From Lepidodermella squamata (taxonomy: Eukaryota; Animalia; Gastrotricha), in assembly GCA_047495785.1 (NCBI GenBank), contig JBLDXI010000024.1:5022001-5086000 (forward strand): a DNA stretch of 64,000 nucleotides, in the 5' to 3' direction. Shown here piece after piece: positions 22,801-34,089 of the stretch. The position numbers and the translations under genes are program-made. The notes beneath the pieces were generated by a model that saw only the letters and a program-made list of their open reading frames with translations, had not been told where the DNA came from and did not search any database. Numbering within the stretch: position 1 is the stretch's first letter; every line of letters begins with the position of its first letter.

Positions 22801-25800
22801 TCACTAGCTAAATTTTTCAAATGACTTTGTTTGTAGTCAACCATATCCCTATATTCCTATACCATTATACTATACTAGTGAATTCTTATAGTGAAACCGA
22901 TTTTCTCTGATTTATGATGAATATTCGCAAAAATGGGGTTATAACTGCGATCTCGCGTTAAATTTCCATAGAACATAGGTCACATATTAATAATTTACCG
23001 GTTATTTGCCCGATATTGATTGGAAGATTGGACGGTCATCAATCGAGGTCGAAAAATTAGGAAGTTCTGAAAGGGGTTTCAGGCCCAACAAATATTCAAA
23101 AATATGGTTTTTTTATTAGGACCCTTTTTTTATTAATGACTAATTTTTTTTAATTTGAAAAATTGGCTCGATAATTTTTGGCTATATATCCAAAATATTT
23201 ATAATTTTCATATTAATTTTTAACAATTAGGTGTGGATAAAAGCCGCGACGCAGATATTTTTCTCGCACGGCCTGGGCGTCGGCGCCGTCGTGGCGCTGG
23301 GCTCTTACAACCGGTTCCACAACAACGTGTACCGCGATGCGATCATGCTGTCGGCCGTCGACTGCTGCACGGCCGTGTTCGCCGGGCTCGTCGTCTTCGC
23401 CACCATCGGCTTCATGGCGCACGTGCGCCAGGAGGACGTGTCCAAGGTCGCGAAATCTGGGCCCGGCCTCGCCTTCCTCGCGTACCCGGCCGCCGTCGCG
23501 CAACTGCCGTGGTCGCCGCTCTGGGCCGTTCTCTTCTTCATCATGATCATCCTACTCGGCATCGATTCACAGTTTTGCACAGTTGAAGGTATGCAATGAT
23601 GGCCGAAACGAAATTGCACAGATGTTGAACTTTTGAAACCGTTATAATGCGATTTTGCTAATTTTTCGAAAAAATCGAGATCATGACCTTAAAAAGTTTA
23701 TCATTTTGTTCCAAATTGATTAATTATTAAATCGAATATTCCCCTCTCTTGAAAGCCTCACTTAAAGGTTCCGGAGCAATTTGACAATTTTCCCAAAATG
23801 TAAATTTTTTTAGATATTTTTGAAAATTTATACGAATTTTCCGGAATTGTTTTGTGATTTTTATTTTTATTTTATAGGTTTCATGACAGCGTGGGTGGAC
23901 GAATTTCCGACTCAGTTGCGGCGACGGAAGGAGCTATTTTTACTCGGCGTCTGCATCGTCTCGTTTCTAGTCGGATTATCGGTAAGATCAGCCTATCCAA
24001 ATGTTCAATGCCGTTTGTCGCTTGAGAAATTGAGGTTTTAATTGCGAGTTTTAGACTGTAAAAATTCCAACTGTCTTCTGGTCGTCTTAAGTATGGAAAC
24101 GTGTCGCCGGGAAATAAAACCCGGAGAAAATGAGACCTGACCGGGTCCATCAAATTACCAAACCAGCCATCATCGGGTTTTTCCGGGTTTCTAATATTTG
24201 TTTTGTAAATTTTTTAAATTCAATTAAATTTAATTAAAATTTCAATTTTACAAATATTTTCAATAGTTTCATTGATTTGGAATTTCCAAGGCAAATGGGA
24301 ATTGGTAATAGGAAGTAATAGGAAGTTACGAGATTAACAAATTTTTCCAATCGGAAAAAAATGAAACCAGCTTTGGAAATTGTATTCAAATAAGGTCTTC
24401 GAAAATCAGCTAGAATTATCCTATAAGCTACGAATATGGCCAACGTAAATTCCAAAATTCAACTTGGGTAGACATTGATATTTTATGAATTTTTGTGAAA
24501 GCACGCAATCTATAACTTTGATTTTTCTCATTTTTTTCTCATTTTTTTTCTCATTTTGTTTATTTTGTGTGTTTGTTAATTTCTTTCCGCACGTCAATAT
24601 GGCTGGTGTAGATGATAACGCAGGGCGGCATCTACGTGTTCGACCTGTTGGATCACTTCTCGCAGACGATGACGCTGCTGTTCGTGATATTCTTCGAGTG
24701 CGTCGCCATATCGTGGTCGTACGGCGTCGACCGCTTCGTCGACGACATCAACCTGATGATCGGCTACAAGCCGTTCATCTTCTGGAAGTTCGCCTGGAAG
24801 TTTTTCACGCCCGCCATTTGCTTCCTCGTCGCCATTTACGGCTTTGTCATTTACAAGCCGCTCACGTTCGAAGAAGGCCCAGGCCACACTTATGTAAGCC
24901 ATACAATATCACAATTATTTTTTTATTTATTGGACAGGTTTACGGCATTATAAGTGGGTAATAATCGAACAGTCGAAAAAAATCAAGCAATTTAAAAAGT
25001 CTCCTTATCCTTATTGAATTCCAATCAATCATTGATTTTCCGAATTATCGATTTTTAATATGAAATCGATTTTTAATTCTGATTCCCGCTCTTTACATGG
25101 GATTTTTTATTAGCTATATGGTGCTCTAATTAGAAGAATTAGCGTTTTTTGGTTCCGGTTCATATCGGAAAAATCACTGATTTGTAAAATCGGGACATGG
25201 AATCGATATGGGCTGTTCAGGCTGAATTTCCTTATTGATAATCGATAATTGATTTCAAATAAATCACTGACTATATCTATGAATGACCGATTTTTATTAT
25301 TAACCAAGTGAAGGTCGCAAACTGACCGGTCATGACCCAAAATTGGGGTAATATCGATCGATCCTAATATCTATCGATTATTGATGAGGGGAATTCAAGT
25401 GCTGGAATCTCAAATGTAGTGCTGGAACCCTTCAGTTAGGATGTTCACTTTTATACCTTTGATTTTTCATATTTTAATATTTTTCTTTAAATTTTTTTAA
25501 TGTAACAGAACTACCCACCGTGGGCGCTGGGCATCGGCTGGTGCATAACGGCGTCGTCGCTAGTGCCGATGGTCGTCTACGCTGTTGCGTTGTTCATCCG
25601 CACGCCCGGTGATATGCGAACGGTAATCAATACATTCGCCAACGCATGCCGTCACGGTTGATTGAATTTATTGTTTATATACTACCCAAATTACAGAGAA
25701 TACGCCTCATGTTCCGGCCTGTGTACACGAACGAAAATCGCGACCGAGCGATGGCGATCCGGCGCGACGCCGAGGCCAGGGCGAAACAGGCGCAACAGCC

Positions 25801-25822
25801 GTTGCTGGAGGCGAAAGATTAA
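19809..25822 (+). CDS. SLC6 sodium/chloride-dependent transporter, GABA transporter (GAT1)-like, 7 coding exons
   Basis: [73 protein letters not shown]. Exons about 19809-20174, 21171-21746, 23231-23588, 23878-23980, 24611-24893, 25509-25622 and 25697-25822. Confidence 0.9.
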
Positions 25823-26610
25823 CTGGCGAAAACTGACAGCATATCCCCAATACCCGAGTACAATTTGTTCAACCCTTTTTGTATGTTGTTCAACCCCAGC
25901 CCAGTGTTTAAACGTGCTATGTCCATGATCGTTCTAATCTATACTGTCTCCGCGAGCTTCCGACGCCCGTTTTGAGGTCAACCGAGACGGAGAAAATTCA
26001 GAGAAAACAAAACAAAAAACTGCCAAACTGATGATTTGTACGAAATTTCTACCCGTTTAATTTTGTTAATAATTTATCTAATTGGAAAGGTGCCTGTTTA
26101 TATGTACGAGCAGTATTTTCGTTAACATTCTTGATTCAAAACTCATAACCGAGTGGCGTGTTATGGAGGAGAATATTCGAATCTTCGTCGATGCTAGTTT
26201 ATCCTAAGTTGAATTACCTAATCAAAGTTATATGTTCTCATTTCTTATTCGAAGTGTTCATAAATGAATGGTACTTTAAATCAATAAGATTTTTAATATA
26301 TATTATGTTGAGTGTCGAAGAAGATGAGTTGAAACATTATGGATTCAAATCTTGTGAGCATGAAAAAACGGTATCGTCCATTGCATATCTTGTTTTGAGT
26401 ACAACTATGGACTTGAAAAGATTATCTGCGTCGCTTTTGTCCAGTAAATGAAAGTTGCTATTACGACATACGCCTTAATTTATGGGTTGAACAGGGTGGA
26501 ACACTGAAGATCCAAAGGTCCTGGTTCGTTCGCTTAGGTAGAGCCTTCCTAGATTAAACGTAAATATAGTGTATCACTAGAGTTGAAAAAGGCTTGACAG
26601 CTGTATACTA

Positions 26611-26654
26611 GGCTGTTAACCGAAAGGTTGGTGGTTCGAGCCCACCCAGGAGCG
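26611..26654 (+). pseudogene. 5'-truncated tRNA-Asn(GTT)
   Basis: Only the anticodon arm to the 3' end is present. A Phe fragment also lies at about 26503-26530. Confidence 0.7.
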
Positions 26655-26731
26655 CAATTTTTTAATCAAACTATAACAGTCTTCTGCAATGAGCTAGCGA
26701 AGCATCAACTTTACCACTGCTGTACATAACA

Positions 26732-26804
26732 GCCGAGATAGCTCAGTTGGGAGAGCGTTAGACTGAAGATCTAAAGGTCCCTGGTTCGATCCCGGGTCTC
26801 GGCG
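26732..26804 (+). tRNA. tRNA-Phe(GAA), inverted orphan block
   Basis: GCCGAGA/TCTCGGC, CT-GAA-GA loop. Confidence 0.93.
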
Positions 26805-26883
26805 TATCGCATGTTTTGCATAAACGCTGGAGACGTTCTAATAAAGTCTTTGGTTGCCAGTTGCCAATTGGCAAAGTCAGGTT

Positions 26884-26955
26884 GGCCCGTTGGTCTAGGG
26901 GTATGATTCTCGCTTCGGGTGCGAGAGGTCTCGGGTTCAATTCCCGAACGGGCCC
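26884..26955 (+). tRNA. tRNA-Pro(CGG), inverted orphan block
   Basis: GGCCCGT/ACGGGCC, TT-CGG-GT loop. Confidence 0.93.
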
Positions 26956-27046
26956 ATTCTATTTTTTGCACAGAGTTGCTGAAGGTGCGATGACGTTGAT
27001 AATTTGAGTTCTTCACAGTTTACGCATACAACAGGGATTTTGCACC

Positions 27047-27118
27047 TCCCTGATGGTCTAGTGGTTAGGATTCCGCGCTTTCACCGCGGCGGCCCGGGTT
27101 CGATTCCCGGTCAGGGAA
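27047..27118 (+). tRNA. tRNA-Glu(TTC), inverted orphan block
   Basis: TCCCTGA/TCAGGGA, CT-TTC-AC loop. Confidence 0.93.
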
Positions 27119-27208
27119 CACTTTTAGCCTTTCCAATTTTGATCCTGAATGGAATGGCTATATAAAAGGGACGGAAGACCTCCGAATGCTGCAAAAAGTG
27201 TCAAGACC

Positions 27209-27280
27209 AGGCTCAGGGGGGGATCGAACCCTCGATCTTCTGCTTACTAGGCAGACGCTCTACCACTAAGCTACTGAGCC
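27209..27280 (-). tRNA. tRNA-Thr(AGT), inverted orphan block
   Basis: GGCTCAG/CTGAGCC, CT-AGT-AA loop; one A-C mismatch in the T stem. Confidence 0.9.
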
Positions 27281-27353
27281 GGGGTTGACTGCTTTATTTT
27301 CGCAAGCGCAGTCTCCTCATTTCAGCCTTTTTTATCTTGCCGAAAAAAGTATA

Positions 27354-27426
27354 TGGAGGATACGGGCGTCGATCCCGTTACCTCTCGCATGCTAAGCGAG
27401 CGCTCTACCATTTGAGCTAATCCCCC
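27354..27426 (-). tRNA. tRNA-Ala(AGC), inverted orphan block
   Basis: G3:U70, TT-AGC-AT loop, GATC-type T loop. Confidence 0.93.
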
Positions 27427-27493
27427 TTCGAGATCTTCATCTTCTTAGCAGCCGGTCGATGCCATAAACATGTTACCCTGGGTAAAAATATTG

Positions 27494-27566
27494 CGCCCTC
27501 CGGGGGACTCGAACCCCCGACCCTGTGATTAAAAGTCACATGCTCTACCGACTGAGCTAGGAAGGC
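27494..27566 (-). tRNA. tRNA-Lys(TTT), inverted orphan block
   Basis: GCCTTCC/GGAGGGC, CT-TTT-AA loop. Confidence 0.93.
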
Positions 27567-27652
27567 CCTTGTGATTATTCTTGACAGCTTGACAAGTGAT
27601 AATTCTGTTGCTATGATAACACCTCAGCCGAAAAGGCCAGCAAAAATAGAGC

Positions 27653-27725
27653 CGACGCTGATGGGACTCGAACCCACAATCTTCGGATCCGAAGTCCGAC
27701 GCGATAGCCATTTCGCCACAGCGCC
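27653..27725 (-). tRNA. tRNA-Arg(TCG), the only intact copy in the window
   Basis: Complete GGCGCTG/CAGCGTC acceptor stem, CT-TCG-GA loop. Confidence 0.92.
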
Positions 27726-27825
27726 TATCGATAGATGCAGCAATGCAATGCGCTCGCCCTTTAAACGGCCAAATTTCTCATATTTTCGGATGGATTACAA
27801 CAATTTCCTAGAGTAGCTACATCTG

Positions 27826-27909
27826 GTCAGGATGGCCGAGCGGTCTAAGGCGCCAGACTCAAGATCTGGTCCTCGAAAGAGGGCGTGGGTTCGAACCCCA
27901 CTTCTGACA
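27826..27909 (+). tRNA. tRNA-Leu(CAA), inverted orphan block
   Basis: Same sequence as array Leu(CAA). Confidence 0.93.
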
Positions 27910-28155
27910 CTATTTTTCACATTTTTAGAGTAATTTCTACCGACTGAGGCTCTTGAAATGCGTGGTCATCCTCGACTGGAAATTGGATTTCAAACCTCTC
28001 TGTAAGCACGTGGCTCATTGATTAAAAACTTCGTTTTACTGTGCGGCTGCTGTCACTCCTTTTGTTTACTTTTTAATCATCAAAATTTGTCCGTAGAGGC
28101 AGATCAGGTCAATTTGATCTCTTTCACGCTCGAGTAGATTCCTCGGCCACTATCG

Positions 28156-29325
28156 ATGGGTTTCCCCAATGTTATGTTTCTGGGATTTCTTCTCACCATC
28201 ATTTTCGCTCCTTTAATGGCTGAGTGTAAAAACTTTGAAAGCTATGCTTTTGAGCACAGGCAGACAGTCGACTTGCTGACAAGGTGTCCACAGTTTTCCC
28301 GCGAATCCCCCAGTGCAAGCTGCTATGAAGGAGGAGGAACCGCAAAGGAGATCACTGAGGTTACAAGGTGTCGAAAGACAAAAGCTAAAATTTATTTCTT
28401 CCCTATTCGTTTGGTCGAAGTTAGTGACGTTCAGCAGACAATCAAAGTTTCAGCAACTATCATGCTCGACTGGATATCCCCATGTGCAAACTTGAGCAAG
28501 GAAGACCACAGGAACGTTTTCTACCCCGACGAATCCCAGTTCTGGTATCCCCGAATATACCTTGACAGAGACATGGAAAACGCCGGACTGCAAGGAGTTT
28601 CCTCCCAGTTAACTGCTATTATACGCAGCGAATCAGTGCAGTTCACGAAGAGGATAACTGGGATGTTTACAGCATCTTGTAAGTTCGACTTTACTCAGTT
28701 CCCTTTCGATCGCCAAATTTGCATAATCATGTTCCGAACTGAGACTTCGCAAGCACAAGTCGATGTCATTGGTTTGAAGGTTTATGATGCCATCACTCAC
28801 AAGCAAAGCAGTTGGATTGTTGAAAGTATAACCTGAAAGTTCAAAAAGTATTCCTCAGATAAAACCAACTACCCGTCGTTCATTTATACATTACGCCGCG
28901 ACTCTACATTCTACGTCCGTTTCCTCATGGCTCCTTGTGCTGTGTTGACCAGCTTCAACCTGATTTCCCTGGCAATGCATGCCTCCATGCCACATCGGCC
29001 TGCCTTTTCGCTGTCGCTAGTTCTATCTCTGACTGTTTTACAGCTCGAAGCTTACGCCAGAACTCCGCAAACGCCACAGCCGATACTGCTTTCGTCTTAC
29101 ATAAAATACTGCGAGCTGTTGTCCTGCATAATAGGCCTGTACACCCTGGCATCTTTCAGCCTAGTCAAAAGCTACAAACACTGGCTTCTTGCTAATGTTA
29201 TTCACTTCCGCTCATTGAAAATATCTCTAAATCGCAGTATTGACATTATTGTCCTGCTAGCAAGTGCCGTATTTTTCTCTTACATTCATTTCTCTGTGTT
29301 TCAAATGCACAGTGAACTTCAGTAA
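28156..29325 (+). pseudogene. X-type intronless Cys-loop ligand-gated ion channel with a single in-frame TGA (28834-28836)
   Basis: Signal peptide, Cys loop CKFDFTQFPFDRQIC and four TMs; collinear with 37008-38210 across the stop, with no frameshift. Confidence 0.75.
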
Positions 29326-29529
29326 TAAAAATTCGAATGCAGTCAACATGCGAACATGATGGTGACAAAAGTGTGCGAGCTGTTGAGGATATTGCGATTT
29401 GCCCACTCGAAATTTTCGACATGTGCGAGTTTGAGAAACCATGTTTTATTGAAACAAAATAATTAATAATAATAACAATTATAAGGGCTGCCCTTGAGCA
29501 AAGCCCATTGTTTCGGCTTCACACGAAAA

Positions 29530-30467
29530 ATGAATAGTATTCTATTGATATTGAAAGCAGCCTACTTTCTTCATTGCTTTGCGACAAAGACTCTGCTGAC
29601 CCAGTCTTACGCCCTAATCTCACACTGCAAGTCATTTTCCCCAGAATCATACGATCCTAATTGTGCTTCGAACACAATTGGGTTTGGAAGCCAAGGATTT
29701 TTCACGAAAATGCCGTCGAAAACGTAGGGATGCAAGGCGCAAGCTCGAGTTTCATAATTTACGTATACGAGCATAATGATTCAACGCTTGCATTTTCTTG
29801 GGCCAGATCTCATGTATTTGTATCGAAGTGTCGAATGGACATGTCGCTGTTTCCTTTTGATCAACACATCTGTGCAGTTTCTATAGCACTGCTCAGCACC
29901 GGAACTGTTACTCAACTGAACCCAGCAAGAATTCACGCGAAGACCAACTTCCAAATCTTGGATGATAATTGGAGTGATTTCAAACTTCTGAAAGTAAAAT
30001 ATACAATTAGCCATGTGCTATTTCGGGTTAAATTCTCCCGCAAATCTACATATCACTTTTGGTTCTACCTTATTCCTACTGGGGTTCTGACCATTTTCGG
30101 CATTGGATCCCTTCTAATCCATCCTACGCTAGGAGATCGACCGTCCTATTCAGTGACCAGTCTGCTAGCTCTTACGTTTATGCAAGTACAAATGAACAAC
30201 GACCTGCCAAAGATGCCCAAGTTTACTCTCCTCGGTATTTTTATCATGTCATGCGAGCTGATATCAGGGCTCCTTACAATGTATAACCTTGCGATCTGTG
30301 GTTTGACCAAAGCATATAAAAGTTCTTTCACTTCGCCGTATCTCCTAGTTGGCGATTTCTCAATCACTCATGCTAGATTCTATGACTTTGTTGCTTTTTG
30401 TACGTCGGCTCTGATGTTTTCTCTTGCGTGCACCTATGTCATTATCGTGGCAAAACTTTTTCTGTAA
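29530..30467 (+). pseudogene. Y-type intronless Cys-loop channel with an internal deletion and frameshift near 29675
   Basis: The N-terminus (..CASNT) and the remainder (WVWKPRI.., CRMDMSLFPFDQHIC, TM1-4) are in different frames; about 60 codons present in 35540-36673 are missing. Confidence 0.8.
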
Positions 30468-30839
30468 CAGGATGATATATAGTAGAAAGTAGTAAACATG
30501 AATACGATTGGAGCAAGTCAAAGCATTCATTAAGGTGCATTTGCAAAACTTTCTCTAAATTCCGTCAATTTCTCGGAATAATTAACTAGAAACCCAAAAG
30601 ACAAATGTTTGCGGAATAACATTGGGATCTGCGAGAAATCGCGGCTTGGACCTAGATCTAAGTCGATTTACAAATATGTCTGCTCCCGTTCAGAATCCTT
30701 GTTTACCATTAAGAGAATAGGCCCTGTTAACGTGACAGTGAGATAAAAAAGGACAGAATACTTGCAGAACAAACAATTCGGTTATGCACTAGCTATCTGA
30801 GCTGATGTCAGTGAACTCTCGGCGCTCATATTGCAGCAT

Positions 30840-32088
30840 TTATAGTTTCTGCTTATCCAGCTTTTTCTTATCCAGCTTATCCAAGTTTTTCTCGCCTTTG
30901 CCATCGACCTTTGCTTTCTTCCAAAGAAAGTTTCCAATTGGTAGGCTCGGAACGCTCCAGTCAATTATTGGAAATCCATTGCCGAAATTGTTCGGGAAGT
31001 AAGGGTTGAAACCACCGAAGCGCGGTAGAGGTGGTGGCCCTAAAAGCACGGGGGGAGTTGGCGTCGTAGCCCTGTAGCCAGGCCGCAGGTAGTAGACAGA
31101 AGCGTAATAGCACGCGGAAATGCAGGCAGAATAGCTGGCATAGTTGTTGCGGCTTTTCACGCATGAGCAGTCACGCAGAACGGCTACACAGTCGCCCTTC
31201 ATGGCGTCAAAGTAGAATCGCTGGTAGGAGGCAGCCTGAGGTGGACAGTAGCCCCAGCCTTTACAAAAAGACATTGAAATACGATTTAAATTTTTGCTTT
31301 ACATTTTAGTACCGGGGTATTACAATTGGCTTTTACCTCAACAAATCTATTATCAGTCTAAGATTTAGCCTTTCCGATTTGATCCTGAATGAAATGGCTA
31401 TATAAAAGGGACGGAAGACCTCCGAATGCTGCAAAAAGTGTCAAGACCAGGCTCAGGGGGGGATCGAACCCCCGATCTTCTGCTTACTAGGCAGACGCTC
31501 TACCACTAAGCTACTGAGCCGGGGTTGACTGCGCAAGTGCAGCCTCCTCATTTCAGCCTTTTTTATCTGCTTTACTGCTGAACTTACCAAGAGGCTGAGT
31601 GTTGCACTGGGTGACGTCGACCCCAGGTGGGTAGGTGCCGCGCTGGCCAGTCGACATAGTTCCTGTCGACTGAGTTACCGTAAAAGATAAAGGCGGCGGC
31701 AAGTCCCCTGAAGTTGTCAAAGGTGGCGGGAGATCAGGCGATGTCGTGATCAAGGGCGGCGGGAGATCGGGCGACGTTGTTATAAGAGGTGGCGGTAGGT
31801 CGCCGGATGTCGTTGATGATGGAAGTGCGGGTGGTAGGTCATAGTAGTATATTGGAGGTGGCAAATCGCTCTGCTTTGGTTTGTATTTCGAGTATTCCCA
31901 TCTCGCTGATACTGCAAAATATTGTTATTTTTGTGTCGTAAAACATCGAATCTGGTTGCGTCTACCCAATTGGGTTAGTAATTGGGTCTAAGGTATGTAC
32001 CTGGATAGCGTTGGCGCTGTTTAGTTTGGTGGACAAGGCACAGAGCAATGATAGCGACAGTCAAGGAAAAAACGATGTCATTTGGCAT
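30840..32088 (-). CDS. Secreted protein with DLPPP repeats, one Kunitz/BPTI domain and a Lys-rich tail, 3 exons
   Basis: Exons 32088-32001 (MPNDIVFSLTVAIIALCLV, signal-like), 31911-31588 (six DLPP motifs, CNTQPLG) and 31258-30840 (WGYC..RFYFD..C..C..NNY..C..C) splice in frame. Confidence 0.8.
31449..31520 (-). tRNA. tRNA-Thr(AGT), intronic solitary copy
   Basis: Complete cloverleaf with a perfect GGGGG/CCCCC T stem; array-type flanks span about 31364-31567. Confidence 0.93.
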
Positions 32089-32546
32089 GGTTACCTACTG
32101 ATTCGACAGGTCAGAAGCAAAATCAGTGATGTTTCTCGGCAATCTGACAAATGACCACTCTAGCTGATCGCCGGTCATCCCTCATTTGCAAGTGCGCATG
32201 TTTGCGTGACCGGTGACGTTTAACTTCACGGCTGTGAGCTGCGACCAAACCTGTAGATCGGTTCGTTCTATTTATCTATAGGACATGCATTTTTCTCGAA
32301 TAATTATACCTGATGGTCAGCACTTGCCCGGTGTAATTATTCGCACTATGAAGATACGCACCCGATAAGAGGGAAAAACGATTTTACTCACTTGTTTTTA
32401 TTCTTTGCGCTTCGAAAATCACAAATATGCTTGTAAATTGAAATAAATGAAGATTTACAGCAGTTGCCAGTGCCGTTCATTGACAGTAAGAACAACACGG
32501 TAGTACCGTCCGAGGTACCTGGAAAAAGCAATGTATAAGTTCAGAG

Positions 32547-34089
32547 TTAATTCTCGTCTTCATACCTGAAAAATCCGAGTTTGCGTGCAATAGCGGCTAC
32601 AACCAGGATGATTAGGAGATAGAAAATCGCGTACAAATTGCGACCGATCGCCATAATAATTGGAGCATCCCACGAGTGCCACGACGAACCGCCGACGTGC
32701 CACAGGAAGCCGTTATTTCCAACATAAGCATCGCCCAACAATACTTTAATACCATCAACCTGATTCGTTTTTTCGCCTGCTTGAAACATTTCGTATAGGC
32801 TATGCTGAGCCGATAGGAACGTCGAGCCTGTTGTTAGCATGACTGTTAAATACGGCAAAATGTAGGCTCGGTTCCAGTATGGCAACGCTTCAATAGCTCG
32901 TTTCATCAACGGATGCTGCGGTCGGAAGCCCATAAAGTCGTTGCTAAAAATAAATGAAAACTCCATTTTTATCAGTTGGAAGGACGTAATATTAACCTGA
33001 AGCCAACCGGCCACGTTTCTGCGAGAACAGCTCCACATCCCGTTATATTGACAAGAGGATCGAAAGCCCGTCTTGCGCCAATGTCGAAATCAACGTAAAA
33101 ACCACCATAGTGATACCTCAAAAAAATCAGAAAAATTCACGTAAATTAATCTGTAAACACTTCAAAATTTCAAAAAACTTCAATCTAAATTTAAATTTAA
33201 TTTTCTATTAATGTTTAATTTTCCCTGTTTTCCGAATATTTTGAGGTTTTCATATTGTTAAATTTACAGAGCAAAGTAGCGAAAAGCATCAACGCGTTGT
33301 ATATTGAGCGAATATCCGTCGTAGGTTTCGAGAAAAGCCGGATACGTCGTTTCGATGAAGCGGCGCATGCTGACGTCGGACCATACGTAGTGCGCGTAGG
33401 CGGCGCCGTGGAAGTGCCGCAGCGTGTAGTGCGCCTCGGCCCAGTCGCGGCGCAGCGAGTCGAGCGACTCGGCGCCGTACGTCTGGTGCAGGATGCGCGG
33501 GATGTTGGTGCCGGCGGGCGGGTTCGTAAAACCGCTACCTACTACGCCAGGGTACACGTTGTTACTCCCCTGGACACCCTGGTAAAAAATCAGAGATAAT
33601 TACAATAAATTAAAAAAGTGAAATTTCAAAAAATCGATAACTGCTAAAATGTTAAAAAGCACTAATAAAAATAATTGTTCATAATTTTGAATTTTTTTGA
33701 AAAATCGTTACCCCGTTGTTGTTAGCAGCGCTGTTACCGCCGACCACCATAAAATTAACCGGTGCGTTGCTGCTCGAATTCGCCGGGATGTTGTAAAATT
33801 TCGACAGTGTCTCTTCCAAGTTCAAATAATCATATTGCGGCGACTGAAAGGTTATGCCCAGCAGAATGGCTCGTAAAAAGAGCCAAATGTAGGCGAGGAG
33901 GGGCGAAAAGCGCTCCAAAGCTGTTGTCATGCCGCTATTATTTGACGATGGTCCGTTAACTTTCGGCCGGCTTAACAAATTGAGCAAGAGAAAAATTGCG
34001 AAAATTATCCCGATACAACAGGCGAAGGAAAATCGGCATTTCAACGACCGATTTGGCCGGCGAATCAGGCTCTTCAGCCGTACAATCAT
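32547..34089 (-). CDS. Glycosyltransferase family 32 (SUR1/CSH1-like, DXD motif), 4 exons
   Basis: IPRILHQT, IQRVDAFRYFALYHYGGFYVDFD, SNDFMG..PQHP, TVMLTTG..FLS, HVGGSSWH; hydrophobic segments at both ends. Confidence 0.85.

Noticed and set aside
21344-24961. Alternative-frame and antisense ORFs over SLC6 exons
   Set aside because: A by-product of high GC3, which gives few stops in other frames.
28834-28836. Selenocysteine codon
   Set aside because: It aligns to Pro rather than Cys in the paralog, and no SECIS was recognisable by eye.
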